Assembly: GCA_965153285.1 (NCBI GenBank)
Contig: OZ229112.1
Length of the DNA: 64,000 nt
Source: Podarcis tiliguerta
Lineage: Eukaryota
Direction: 5' to 3' (one strand)
A program made the translations under genes and the position numbers. Numbering within the stretch: the stretch's first letter is position 1; each line of letters begins with the position of its first letter. This document shows, in pieces, positions 50,701 through 63,725 of the stretch. The notes beneath the pieces are model-generated. The model saw only the letters and a program-made list of their open reading frames with translations. It ran no database searches and was not told the DNA's origin.

Positions 50701-51027
50701 GCCTTTGAGGAAGACATCGCCACTCGCAACAAAAATTTGGAGCAAGCTATTAATATTGGTCAGGCTTTAAAGGCATTGAGCTCCAAGGAAGATAAGGAAA
50801 TGGTGCAGGAGAAACTAGATTCTTCAGAAGCCCAATACATTGAGATTCGAGAGAAAAGTGGCAGTAGGGCTCAGCTTCTACAGCAAGCCTATTGCAATGC
50901 TCAGATTTTTGGAGAGGATGAAGTTGAATTGATGAATTGGCTGAATGAAGTACACGAGAAACTGAGCAAACTGGCAGTCCAAGACTACAATACTGACTTG
51001 CTTGTGAAGCAACAAACTGAAATGCTG
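50701..51027 (+). CDS. DST: Dystonin exon A23, AFEEDIATR...QTEML
   Basis: catttag acceptor after long T tract, CTG|gtattt donor, 327 nt, phase 0-0; IFGEDEVELMNWLNEVH. Confidence 0.92.
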
Positions 51028-51272
51028 GTATTTCCATTTATTTTCTGTTGATTTTATTTTACCATTTTAAGCACTATTTCATATTACTTCTCATTTTTTT
51101 TATTATAGTTATTTAATTCTGTATCCTGATCATTTATTTTTAAGCCTTTATCCTCCCCACACCCTGCTCCAATTCTCACTCTGAGAGAATAAGTGGCTGC
51201 TTATAGACTTTCGGCTTTATAGATTTTAAATGATGACTTCTCTGATGATAAAAGCATTCTAAAATTTTCTAG

Positions 51273-51357
51273 GCTCTCCAAGATGAGATTCTGCTCAGAA
51301 AGCAAAATGTTGATCAGGCTATACAAAATGGTTTGGAGCTTCTCAAACAAACAACAG
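51273..51357 (+). CDS. DST: Dystonin exon A24, [10 protein letters not shown]...KQTT
   Basis: ttttctag acceptor, G|gtgaga donor, 85 nt, phase 0-1. Confidence 0.93.
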
Positions 51358-51611
51358 GTGAGAAAGCCATGAGGAAATTAATGATTTATGACAACGAAGA
51401 CAAGTAAAGTAGAAACCTTTGGGGGCTCACTGACTCCTACTGGAACCTTTTTAAAGCTCATTTTAAAAAAACTTTTTTGTTCATAAGTAATGGGATAAGT
51501 TTAAAATTATGGGTGCAGTGTGTAATAAAGTTTCACAGTGTAATACTATACCTGTCTGCTCAGAGCTCAGCAGAGCTTACTCCCAGGTATGTGAAAAGAA
51601 AGCAGTAATGA

Positions 51612-51735
51612 GAGTTGGTGTAGCATAGTGGTTGAGAGCATGAGCTGGGAGTCTTCAGTTCAAATTTACCCACAGCCATGAACTTCCTAGGTGACATTAG
51701 GCAAACCATTAACTCAGCCTCAGCCTTCCTGCTGT
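51612..51735 (+). mobile_element. Degenerate MIR/CORE-type SINE
   Basis: tagcatagtggttgagagc...agttcaaatt...ggtgacattaggcaaacc. Confidence 0.55.
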
Positions 51736-52595
51736 AATATTCTACTGGTCTACTGTGCAGAGCTATTGGGGAAATTTAGGGCTGATAGGAAATTTCTCAG
51801 AAGAGAATTTCTTAACATATGTTTGAACAGTTGGAGAATTTCACTCTACTGCTGGGGAATATATGGTGAAATAGCCTTCCAGATTTCATCCTCTTTGAAT
51901 TTTGAGCATACACTGGATCCAGTTTTAATATTGTTGTGGGGAGCAATAGACTTGGCCTCTGCTCCTTCCCATTCTCCTTTCTTAGTCCATTTGCCTCCTT
52001 GATCAGCCGAGAGGCCATGGGGTAAGGTGATGTTATGAGCCAGCACAAGTGGTTAGCTGCTACTGTTCTGGAGTGGAGCGTATTCAAATTCCCGGGGCAA
52101 TACTTCAGGTACTGACCCAGTGTTTCTTGGCATGAGCTCAGGACTATGGCTGGTGAACCCGCAGTGAAGGTAAGAGTTGTTGTCCCATAGAACAGAAACT
52201 TCAATTTGGGAAAGGGAGAGACAGTGAAAAAATGCTACCAGCCCTTGACAGAGCAAATTTTCCTGCTGAAAATAGTGACTACAAATCCCAGAATGCCTGA
52301 CAGGAAACTAACTTTCCATGTGTCGTTTCTGTCAGGGAGAGGGAAGGCCTTATCCTTTATGGAAATAGCATATAGATCATTTCTTTGCCTCTGGAAATTA
52401 TTTCTCTTATTCACATTCCAGGTCTCATCACAAAATGTTGTTCTGCTAGGGACAAGACCCCCAAATTTTGGAGAGTCTTAGGGTTCAGGGATTTGTAAAT
52501 GAAGTACAGTGGAGGGTGGTAAAGAAGCTTCTTAAAATTTTGAACTTAACACTAAAAGCGGCTTGAGACTTTTTTTATAGTACAGTATTCAGTTG

Positions 52596-52937
52596 GCGCT
52601 GTGGGTTAAACCACAGAGCCTAGGACTTGCTGATCAGAAGGTCGGTGGTTCGAATCCCTGTGACGGGGTGAGCTCCCGTTGCTCAATCCCTGCTCCTGCC
52701 AACCTAGCAGTTCGAAAGCACATCAAAGTGCAAGTAGATAAATAGGTACCACTCTGGCTGGAAGGTAAACAGCGTTTCCTTGCGCTGCTCTGGTTCGCCA
52801 GAAGCGGCTTAGTCATGCTGGCCACATGACCCGGAAGCTGTATGCTGGCTCCCTCGGCCAATAAAGCAAGATGAGCGCCACAACCCCAGAGTCGGTCACG
52901 ACTGGACCTAATGGTCAGGGGTCCCTTTACCTTTACC
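52596..52937 (+). mobile_element. Sauria SINE, near full length, with 10-bp target-site duplication
   Basis: GGCGCTGTGGGTTAAACC...GGTTCGAATCC...AACCTAGCAGTTCGAAAGC...GACTGGACCTAATGGTCAGGGGTCCCTTTACCTTTACC; TATTCAGTTG at 52586-52595 and 52938-52947. Confidence 0.92.
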
Positions 52938-54312
52938 TATTCAGTTGAAACTCTTGAAAACAAGAGTAGGATCACTCACCCCTAACTTGAATATTCATGG
53001 TTCTGGAAGAATTTGATTATAGTTTGAATAGTTCCTTATTTTATGATTTTTGAGTAGCACTTCAGCATTTTAAAGCAGTTTGTAATGTGTGGTATCATGA
53101 TGCATGTCCATTTGGATCTCAGCCAATAGATGTAAGGAAGGAGTAAATAGACTGCTTAAACAGCTATATAGAAGAATGTTGTAGTAAATGTTAAAAAAAG
53201 AGTTTTTTTAAAAATGGACTGAGTAATTAGTCTACCTATTGCTGTGAGAGAGGCTGCTTCCCCCACAGTGGACCTAGTACTGTGGGAAAGTTGCATTCCA
53301 ATTGCACACAGCATGTCTGGCTTGTAGACCAACATCTTCTAAATTTTCCAGTCTCTAACTCCATGAACTCTCCAAGATATACATAGTTTGGGGCTGGGAA
53401 GAAGGGAGGGATGAGAGAAGGAGAAGAATTACAGAATTAGAACCTGAATTGTTCACTGAAAGGTAAACATATAGTATAACGAACAGTGCAGTTTCAATTC
53501 TGACTTTCATTCTCTGTATAATGGCAATTGCATGGACATAGCCACTCAAAGAGGAAAATGTTCTTAATTGTAATTAGCGCTGTCAGTTGATTCATTACCG
53601 GCCTTATTTTAATGGATTAAATTTAATTACTGTACATACCACAAAATCTCAATATTTGTGTAATTTCATGTATATTGGAGAAAAGACATAGTTGGTTGTT
53701 TTTTTAAAGATATAGTCAAATAAAGTTGCCATGCGGTAGAAGGAAAGGCCATCCATCTGCTCCTTAGCTTGGAATGCTATGTTATTCCCATATTCAGAGA
53801 GACTGATTCTGAACTTCAGAGCAGGCAAAACCCTGAGCCATGAATACTGAGCTCTGCCTACCATACTGCCTGTCACCTACTCAGAAATCATTAGGGCTCC
53901 AGGCTTGTACTGATGATTTAATTGGTGTGAGCCAGTGCATAGAACAGGGATAGGGAGTCCAGATGTTGTTGGACTCCATCTCCCATCAGAGCCGACCAAT
54001 AATCATGCAAAGATGGGAGTTGTAGTCCAGCAACATCTGGATGACCATAGGTTCCTCGTCCCTAACTTGGAGAATCCTGATTGGCTGAGGCTTGACCTAG
54101 ATTTATTTTGGTGGAGCCCAATCTAAAATAAGACAGGGATGGGGTGGGGTGGGCTAAAGTTGCATGTGCACAGTGAAGCTTCCATGCTTAGAAGAAAAAC
54201 TAGCTTGATCAGGATGAAATATTTGTTCTATTTTCACCTGTGGATTTAAACACTAAAAACATACTGGTCGCTTTAGATGATTAGTGTGTTAAATACCCCT
54301 TTCGCATTGCAG

Positions 54313-54554
54313 GTGATGAAGTTGTCATAATTCAAGATAAATTGGAAGGCATTAAAACAAGGTACAAGGACATAACGAAGCTGAGTTCTGATGTGTCCAA
54401 GACTTTAGAACAAGCTCTACAGCTTTCCGGTCAGCTTCTGTCAGCTCATGAGAAACTCTGCACTTGGCTGGATAAAGTTGAGGTGGAATTACAGTCGTAC
54501 GAAGCGCAGGTCCCGAAAGGTGAAGAGTTAAGTCAAGCGCAAGAAAGACAAAAG
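54313..54554 (+). CDS. DST: Dystonin exon A25, (G)DEVVII...QERQK
   Basis: ttgcag acceptor, AAG|gtgagc donor, 242 nt, phase 1-0. Confidence 0.94.
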
Positions 54555-55150
54555 GTGAGCGTAAAGTGCTGTGTTTGCTTGTGGACAGCGTTCCGGGGGC
54601 CACATGCCAGCAGCAAAAGTGGGTGGAGCAACAGGCGTGACACTTCCCTTTGTACAGCTACACAGAAGTTGGGACGTTTTTGCATATATTCACACCTCAT
54701 GCACATCCCTTCATCCGGCTAAGCAAGAAGCGTTATCGTATTTCAAGAATGCATTTCAGAGTAGGGGAGGGAGGTGGAGAGAGAGAGGTGGGGTGTTGTT
54801 CTTTTGCACTATCATCTTTTATTAGTTTAGAGGTTTGTGTCAGCATCATGTAGGTAGGTCCTTTGTTTGTTTGTTTGTTTGTTTATATTGATAGTGTGAG
54901 AGGTTAGGGGGTCCCAAGCGTGCTTGTAACAAAAGCAAAGGTAGCCAAGTTGAAAAGAGCGATATTTATAGCTTTGGCTTGCAGCTGTAGCATTTCAGCT
55001 ATGTACTCTTAAACTCAATAAAAAAAAACTGAAGATGGGAGAAGGAGAAAACCAAAAAAGCCCCATGGGTGGAACCTTTGAGCTGTGCAGATTTTGTTTC
55101 TGCGCCAATGTGTTATTTTTAATTTGTTTACCTTAAATATTCCTTTTTAG

Positions 55151-55357
55151 GCACTGAAAAAAGAAGCAAAAGATAATAAAAGTTTACTGGACACTCTTAA
55201 CGAAGTCAGCAGTGCTTTGCTTGAACTGGTGCCATGGAGAGCAAGGGAAGGGATAGACAAAATGATCACAGAAGACAACGAACGGTACAGATTAGTGAGC
55301 GACACTATAACTCAGAAAGTGGAAGAAATTGATGCTGCCATTTTCAGATCGCAGCAG
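55151..55357 (+). CDS. DST: Dystonin exon A26, ALKKEAK...FRSQQ
   Basis: tttttag acceptor, CAG|gtaaaa donor, 207 nt, phase 0-0; [19 protein letters not shown]. Confidence 0.95.
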
Positions 55358-58300
55358 GTAAAAATGACCATAATTCTCATTTCAGTCTATGCGTGATAGG
55401 GAAAAAAATATGTATATTTATCTGTTCTAGGAATACATCCAGGTGTGTATCTGGGAATCCCTACCAAAAGAAAAGGCTGCTGTTCATATTTATTGGCACA
55501 TGCATGCTAAGTCTTTGCAAGAACTGGGGCCAAACTTGAAAAGAGCTTGGTCATAGTTGCCAGACATGAGTCCTAGACCAAAGCAAATCCAGTCATTGTT
55601 GTAGCCATCTGTCTTCTAGTTGACACAGAAATTACAGATCAGTCTCATACTGAGAGGCATTACGAGTAGCATCATGCAGTGATCTCAGTGGGAATTTCAG
55701 TACAGAAAGAATTGTAAACTCAAACCCTGTAACTTATTATTTATGCTGCTATGTAGGTCATATATCAGCTTGTGTAAATGAATGGTTGAAGTAAAGATGT
55801 GTACAGTAGCCACTGGATGCAGTTTTGCAGGAAATATAAACATTATTTGCAGTTGTGGGCAGTATTAAAATGGGCTTAATATAAACATCAGTGTTTTGTT
55901 CGAAGGTTTTCTTTTTTAGAGCTTTTAATTTGTTGGCCCTTTAATTTAGTATGACTCAGTTTATATGCCTCTCTTTCAAAACAGAATGTTCAGGCCAAAA
56001 GTACCTTCTCTGATTATAAATGTGAGATGACAGCAAATGTTTGTGGCTTGTTTCAAATAGATTAAACAGCGTGATAAAGAATTACTCATGAAAAACATGG
56101 AGAAACCTCAGCCCACGTAACTTGCTTTTCAGTCATGATTCATAATTAAAGAATAAGATATGACAGCTTATCCATTAAATTTCACCTTCAGTTGGAAGTG
56201 ACTCTGTCACCACAAACATGTAAATTATCAACTTTCTCAAGCAGCTTAATAGGATTATTTCTTTTTCAACCAGCATATGTTGAAAGCATCAGACATAATG
56301 AAGAATTTTGATGACCTCTAAAGGTCGCATGTGCTCCCACCATCATGAGTGGGTCCAATAAAAGTTATCCACCTTATCAGTTTCTCTACCGCTTTCTTTT
56401 AGGAACATGATTCACATTGAAACTTGTTGTGTATATTTATTTGTCTGCTTAAACTAGACCATTCAAGTATTGTGCTTCACGAGCATACCAATTGCTCTAC
56501 AATAGCCTTCTCCAACTTGGTGCCCTCAATATAATTTGGACTCTAGATCACAACAGCCCTAGTCAGTATGGCCAGTGATGGAAACTGTATTTCAAAGCAT
56601 TTGGAAAGAACCAGGATGGGGGAGGCTCTCAAAGTTCTCCAAAGCTCTCGAGTTCAGTTGAGAACTGGTCTGGTGAGCCCAAGGGAAGAAACAAAGTTGA
56701 GGATGGAACATTTGCATATGACAGCAGTGCCTAGTGGGATAACAGACCCTGGCTTCCCTTCCCCTGCGCCATCCGCATGTTGAAGGGGAAGGTCTCAAAT
56801 GAGGAGTCTGCTTTGTGTGTAGGCTCTGCCTCTGCCAGAACCCTTTGTGATCAGGGTGCTAATCTAGGTTCATACAGCGGGCTCTCCCTTCTTTAGAACC
56901 TTCCCCCAGAGTGTGGAAGTCAGGGTACCACCAGTAGTATTGTCATGGTGGGGGGAAGCTCAGTGGGCACGAACTTGCTCTCTTCTCCCATGCATGTTTG
57001 GAAAATGACATTTGAAAGAAATCCACTAGTGGTCTCTGAAAGGATAAGATTTTCGGGGGGGGGGGGGAATATGTGTATGCTATAGATACTCATGACTTCC
57101 GTTCGCACAACTGGACTGTCAACTTCTACCAAGAAGCAATTCCTATTTTGCTGCCCATTGATTTTAATGCCATTGATCTAGCCTAACTAAAAAATAATCT
57201 CTCTATTGAGGCAGGGAAATAATCTTAAAGATGGACAAGAGCAAAAGATGTTTAAAGAAAAGCAAGTATTAATATTACCTTTGATGTTTGTGAGAATTTT
57301 GACAGAGAATTCTGGTTGAAGTATAAAGTATAATGTGGCTCTGACATTTCCTGCTTCCTCTTTGTAACACTTCTGAAATAAGCTGATTTTGATATACTCC
57401 TCAATGTCACAGAGAGCCCTAGAATTTATTAAAATAAGAATAAACTGTGTGGGTATTATAAGAAGCTGCATTATATTCAATCACAGCAACGAGCCACCTA
57501 GCCTCACACTCTTAACTACTAGCACTGATTCCAGGATGCTGTGCTGCTGACCTGAAAGTCATTATTCTTCAACAAAATAACTTCAAAGGGAAACTTTAGC
57601 CAGCAGCTGCTGAACAAAAATTCATCAGCAAGCTTGAAGCTACTTGTTTCAATTTCATGCAAGGCAAAGTTTTTTTCTCTCATCACAGCAAAGGGAGGAA
57701 AATTATATCGTTGCAAATTAGTGCTGTTGTGAATGATCACTGTGTTTATTTCGTATACTTTTGAGCTTTGCACAGAGACATCACACTTGCTGTTCAATGA
57801 TATTTGGCCCACTGCTTACAATCTTTACCTTTCTGACTCTGTATGTTTGACAAATGCCACTGAAGCATGTTGCACTATTCTGCCTTGCCTTACCTGTCCC
57901 TTTAAGAATACCCAGATTTCTCTCATCCTCCATCATATCTCTTAAGTGAAGAGGCCACATCTCCTCTGCCAGGTCTAAATGCACAAACTGTGGAAAGCTT
58001 ATGGTCTAGCAGGGAAGTTAACAGGCACTATCTTGTTGCCATTGACACCTTAATCGCTTCATCCTCTATCCCCTCCTAAAGGTGTTGCAACACACTTTCT
58101 TAGCTATGTGCAACTCCCTTAGCATTGCAGCTTAAAATACCCACCATTCTAGAACTGGCCTAGAGGCAGCTTTGCAATTTAGGGTTTTACTGGTTCTGAT
58201 ATCCAAAATATAAACAGGTTCTCATAAACTTGGGGCTGTGTAAATGTAACCAGTGCAGTCTTACCACTGAGCTATGATCCCCACCTCTCAATCTTATCAA

Positions 58301-58401
58301 ATGTCTTTTCTGAAATATCTTTTCCATTTTAAACCCTCTACCCATCCAGTTGGAGTTTTTTTTTATAAATTGCTATTTTAATTTTTCTGTGCTTTCTTTA
58401 G

Positions 58402-58521
58402 TTTGATCAAGCAGCCGACACTGAATTAGCCTGGGTTGAGGAAACAGAAAATAAACTGATGTCTCTGGGTGACATTAGGCTTGAACGTGACCAGACCATT
58501 GCTCAGCTACAAGTTCAAAAG
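58402..58521 (+). CDS. DST: Dystonin exon A27, FDQAADTEL...LQVQK
   Basis: ctttag acceptor, AAG|gtgaac donor, 120 nt, phase 0-0. Confidence 0.93.
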
Positions 58522-58666
58522 GTGAACAAATGTGATTCCATCTGTAATGCAATAATTAATGCCCATTACTTTTTCTGCCATGATTTAATTTTCAAACCAT
58601 TATAGTGCAGGCTTTTGCTCTATGTCCTCATATTCCTAATACCAGAATATTGTATTATGTAATTAG

Positions 58667-58774
58667 GCATTTACCATGGAGATTTTGAAACACAAGGATA
58701 CAATAGAAGAGCTTGTTGCATCTGGGGATGAGATTATGAAGACATGCACAGAAGAGGACAAACAAACCATGAAG
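58667..58774 (+). CDS. DST: Dystonin exon A28, [10 protein letters not shown]...QTMK
   Basis: aattag acceptor, AAG|gtaatg donor, 108 nt, phase 0-0. Confidence 0.92.
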
Positions 58775-58944
58775 GTAATGGAGCATGATTTGCACTTGAA
58801 AATCTGCATGCGTAAGGGATTCCCAAGCCATGTTGCTGGAGCCCACTAAGATTATGTAAGGGGGGCTGAAATGTGCCTTGAAAGCTTAAGGTGCCTCAAG
58901 TTGGCTGCATCATGCCGCGCTTGGTTAAACTATGGAACTTGCAG

Positions 58945-59212
58945 GAGGCAGTGATGGCCTCTAACTTGCATGGCTTCAAAAGAGGATTAGACAAATTCAT
59001 AGAGGATAAAGCTCTCAATGGCTGTTAGCCATAATGGGTATGCTCTGCGCAGTTGGAGGCAGTGATGCTTCTGAATACCAGTTGCTGGAAACCAGAGGAG
59101 GGGAAAGTGCTCTTGTGCTTGAATCTTGCATGCTGGTTTTCCACAGGTCATTGTGAGAACAGGATGGGGGACTAGATGGACCATTGGCCTGATCCAGCAG
59201 GTTCATCTTATC
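58945..59212 (+). mobile_element. CR1 LINE 3' end fragment
   Basis: ggcttcaaaagaggattagacaaattcatagaggataaag...ggactagatggaccattggcctgatccagcagg. Confidence 0.8.
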
Positions 59213-59507
59213 TCCTTAAAATTTACTTGAAATGCCTGTTGAAATTTAAAAAGGCCTTCAGTAGACACTCGAAATTCAACAGGAAAGAGGGCCTTCCTCA
59301 TATCAACCAGTAAGGAGTTCCATAGAATTGGACCCAGAATGCTGAATCCACGACTCCTTGGTGGATATGCCTTCCCCAAGCACCTGCCTACTTGCCCCCT
59401 AAGGAGCTAAAAGATTGCCCACCCTGTTATATAGCAAGACTAGTCACCTGTCACAATGTAAATTTCTCCAACCAAATGCTGGTGTTTGTTGGTAATTTCT
59501 TTAATAG

Positions 59508-59726
59508 AAGAAGCTGGAAGACCTCTTGCAGAAGTATAATACACTCTGTCAAATGAACTCTAAGAGGAACCTGCAGCTAGAAAGAGCTCAGTCTCTAGCC
59601 AGTCAATTCTGGGAGACTTATGAAGAGATTTGGCCATGGCTAACGGAAACAAAAACAGTAATATCACAGCTTCCAGCACCAGCTCTTGAATATGAAACCC
59701 TAAAGCAACAACAAGAAGAGCACCGG
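59508..59726 (+). CDS. DST: Dystonin exon A29, KKLEDLLQK...QEEHR
   Basis: taatag acceptor, CGG|gtaagt donor, 219 nt, phase 0-0; [16 protein letters not shown]. Confidence 0.94.
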
Positions 59727-61249
59727 GTAAGTTTGCAGTCGTCTTACAAAGTGCTGTTAATTCCAAAGGTCAACAGAAGTGCAGCCCTCTCTTTAGCATG
59801 TCACATTCACCAAACCAACCAATATCAGATTTTACATATTTTTTACTCTCTGTTAACAACAACAACAACGCAAAATCCATTTTTTTATGAAACAAAATCT
59901 TACTATTTTAATATAACCACAAGTTTAAGACTATTCTCAAGGCAGAGTGGTCATTGTGAAAAGCGGATTAGTGAATTAATTCACTAATTAATTCTGTTGT
60001 TTATTTATTTATTTATTTATTTATTTATATAATTATTAATTATTTACATTTTTTTAAAGGAATGAAAATGTTCAACAGTATCCAAAATAGTTGGAATGCA
60101 AAGCAAGCTGTGGTGTTCCCTAAGGAAAAAAAAAATCAAAAATCCACAGTTGGGAAACACCACAGTTTTGGACCAGCCAAAATATCACAATCTTTTGAGT
60201 TCTCCAGAACTCTTAATCAGTCAGGATGTTATGCAAAGCATAGGATAGGGAAAAGGGGGTGGGGGACAGCAACAAAAAACAAAAATGGTTGTGGCCACTA
60301 CATCTGCATTTAGATTCAGTTTTAAGAGAGATTGCAGGCTGGATTGGATTAGGTGCTGCAGACTCAGTTTGTACCCAGGATTTTGGGGAAAGGAGTGATG
60401 GCTGACCCCCAATTTTGGAAACATAAAGTCCAGCAGTTACTCAGTTCTGCCTCCAGCCTTAACAAAAGACAGAGGTTCCTGATTAGGCAGAGTGCAGCAA
60501 TAAAGAGAAACATGGCTGTCTTCATATTAGCAAAGTTGGAGATTAATTATAGAGAGTGTTCTGGGTAGAAAAATCAGCTAAAGCCTCATTGAGTAGTAGT
60601 GAAGGCACACTGAATACAACAGAAACTGGAGGCAAACAAAAGAAAAAGTACCCAGAAGCACTTTCTAAAAGTGAACTTTAAAACTATAACAGTTTGTTCC
60701 ATTAAGTTATGCTTTAAAAGGAGCTGAACAAAGTGCAACAGTGTGTTGCTTCCATTTTAAAGCACAGCATTTTCTGCAAGTCTCAAAAATATTGGATGAT
60801 CTTAATATGATTCCTTGATGTAACCTTGGAGGTTTGATTTGCTTGCTTTTGTTACAGCACTCCAGCACTAGCGAGCTATTTATAATCATATTTAAACAAT
60901 TTGGCATCTTCTGGAATGCCATTACTTAATAAATCATTTAGAGTGCCGGACAACTGGCTGAATACTTTTGACTAGTTATATTGTTTTGCTTCCCAGATTC
61001 TGTTCTTTTAAATATCTTGGTTGACTAAAATGCTGTTTTTCTAGTATAAAGGAAACGTTATATGCTTAGAGCTGAAAACACAACAATAAGGCTAAATGGA
61101 TATATCCCGTATGAGTTATACTTTGTCTTAGCATGCAGATGGGATTGTTTATTTAGACCACCTTGCCAGCTGAACGTGTTGGACGCACAGACAGCTGGAA
61201 TGTGGCGATGTAAGGGTTAGATACTGATAAGTGTTTTGCTTTGCTATAG

Positions 61250-61453
61250 CAACTGCGAGAGTTGATTGCTGAACACAAGCCTCATATAGATAAGATGAAT
61301 AAAACTGGACCTCAGCTTCTGGAGCTGAGCCCGCGAGAAGGTTTTTCAATCCAAGAGAAGTATGTAGCAGCTGATGCCCTTTATAGTCAAATTAAAGAAG
61401 ATGTCAAAAAGCGAGCTCAGGCACTGGACGAAGCCATTTCTCAGTCTACCCAG
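61250..61453 (+). CDS. DST: Dystonin exon A30, [10 protein letters not shown]...SQSTQ
   Basis: ctatag acceptor, CAG|gtaaca donor, 204 nt, phase 0-0. Confidence 0.95.
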
Positions 61454-62474
61454 GTAACATTATTTATTAGAAGAGCAATTAGATTCCAACTGCAGGATGT
61501 TGTTATCTTAAATCAATAGACTTTAGGTACATAGTGGACTTGCCAAGACACTACGTCACCAAATATGTGAATACGCCCATCATTGCACATAAATTTGCTC
61601 TTCCTATCTGTTAAAGAATTAAGGGCATTGTATTGTCGTGAATCAAACCTTCCCCGTGTGCCATCAAGTTCCTTGAAGGAAAGGCATGATTAAAAAATGG
61701 AAATATTCTTATCCAATTACAAAATTGTTTTTCCCTGAATAATAAGGCCAGTATCCTACATAATAGTGATTTGTTCTTGCATGCACACAATCAAAGAGGC
61801 TAATTGGTGTCAAGACAGCCCAGGGTTTCTCCTGGTGTCTTTGCCAAAAATAGTGGTGGTGGGACAGTGACTGACTGTCGGTCAGACTTGGCATGAAGCA
61901 ACTTCCAACTTTCCAATGTAATGCTACTGCATTATAGTTTTCTGACCCGACCTACCTAGGAGCTAGATGCTTACGTTCATACCATGTCTATTAATCACTG
62001 CCACATAATGTTAACAGTAATTAACCAATGCAGTAGGATATTTATTAGAAAAAACTTATTGTGAATTGCTGACATTTTTTAAACGACATAACACATTGTG
62101 GCTAAGGATAGGTGAAAAAAAATGTGTTATTCCCTCTGTGTTATAAAACCATGTTCAGGAAACTGTTAATACATGGTATTAATACATGGTGATGATGAGA
62201 CAGTTAACAATTGGTCTGTACTGTAAAGCTTCCTAGTTCACTAACAAGCAGATATGATTTGGACACCTTGATTGGGAAGCATAAATTTTGCTTAAACTAA
62301 GATCATAAATCTGTTGAGAAAGACAAAAAATGTCACAAAAATAGTTAAGGATGCTTTAAGCATGTTCATTCAGCTATAACTGGGGTTTTTCCTGGTTTGA
62401 CCCAATTCCTTTTAAATGTTGCTAATCTGTCACTCACCCAGTCTTCTCTCCCTCCTCCCCATTTGTCTGCATAG

Positions 62475-62706
62475 TTCCATGACAAGATAGATTCGACCAC
62501 TGAGAGCCTAGAACGCATTGTTGAACGTTTGAGGCAACCGCCTTCCATCTCAGCTGAGGTTGAGAAGATTAAAGAACAGATCGGTGAAAATAAGAACGTG
62601 TCTGTTGACCTTGAAAAACTTCAGCCAGTCTATGAAACCCTCAAGCAGCGTGGGGAGGAGATGATTGCCCGTTCAGAAGGCGCTGATAAGGACATATCTG
62701 CTAAAG
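62475..62706 (+). CDS. DST: Dystonin exon A31, FHDKIDST...DISAK
   Basis: gcatag acceptor, G|gtagac donor, 232 nt, phase 0-1. Confidence 0.95.
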
Positions 62707-62815
62707 GTAGACTTCAAAATTTTACATTTCAAAATAAATGCATGAAAAAGTTTCCACAAGCACCTATTAAGAAGCAGAACTTTATATACCTGCCCATGTA
62801 TATTTTGCTTCCTAG

Positions 62816-63042
62816 TGGTCCAGGATAAGTTGGATCAAATGGTCTTTATGTGGGAAGACATCCATACCCTGGCTGAGGAAAGGGAGGCCAAATTGCTTGA
62901 TGCAATGGAATTAGCAGAGAAGTTCTGGTGTGATCACATGGCTCTCATAGCCACTATTAAGGATACTCAGGATTTTATCAGAGAACTAGAAGGAGCTGGA
63001 ATTGATCCTTCAGTGGTAAAGCAACAGCAAGAAGCAGCAGAG
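62816..63042 (+). CDS. DST: Dystonin exon A32, (V)VQDKLDQ...QEAAE
   Basis: ttcctag acceptor, GAG|gtaggt donor, 227 nt, phase 1-0. Confidence 0.95.
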
Positions 63043-63574
63043 GTAGGTGAAATGTAACTGTTGGGCTTAGACTACTGTCCTGCTCCCATATATTTCTTAG
63101 CAATCGTGTATAAGCGTGTTAGTGGTTTGGACTATATTGTTATGCTATGTTTAGTAGAAATTCCTTTACAAATCATGGCTGGTTCAGATATAATAGGAAA
63201 CCATTGTTTCCAGCTCTGTGAATGAGCCACACTGAGCCGCCTCCTCCCGTCTCGAGTGCAAGGTTCTCCACAGCTCATTCACATTGTGGGAACTCCTAAT
63301 TACCCATTATATATGGACAGGACTGGATATAGAGTCCAGCACCATCTGTGTGGATTTATTTTGCTTCTTTAAGAAACAAAAATCCCTGTGTGTAACAAAT
63401 GCATAACTACAGGTAATCATGGCCGGCATTTTTTTTTTTTGCCTTCCTGCACTAGTCAGTAATGCCCTTTTTTTCTCTTCAGAGTCTATGCACTGCTAAA
63501 GGAAAAGACTTGCATGGGGGGAAATGCATTTGAAGTAATAATGAAAGGTGATGGCTGTGTTCTACCTCCAAATG

Positions 63575-63725
63575 TCAAAGGCAGTTTGCCTCTGAATATC
63601 AGCTCCTGTGAATCACAAGTGCTGTTGTGCACAGGTCCTTGTGGGCATCTGGTTGACCACTGTGAGAACATGATGCAGAACTAGATAAGCCTTTGGCCTC
63701 AACCCAGCAGGACTCAACGTTCTTT
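63575..63725 (+). mobile_element. CR1 LINE 3' end fragment, degenerate
   Basis: gggcatctggttgaccactgtgagaacatgatgcagaactagataagcctttggcct. Confidence 0.6.

Noticed and set aside
383-63042. Gene could be MACF1 rather than DST
   Set aside because: Exon peptides (e.g. [53 protein letters not shown]) follow recalled DST. Recalled MACF1 differs at aligned sites (e.g. [24 protein letters not shown]).
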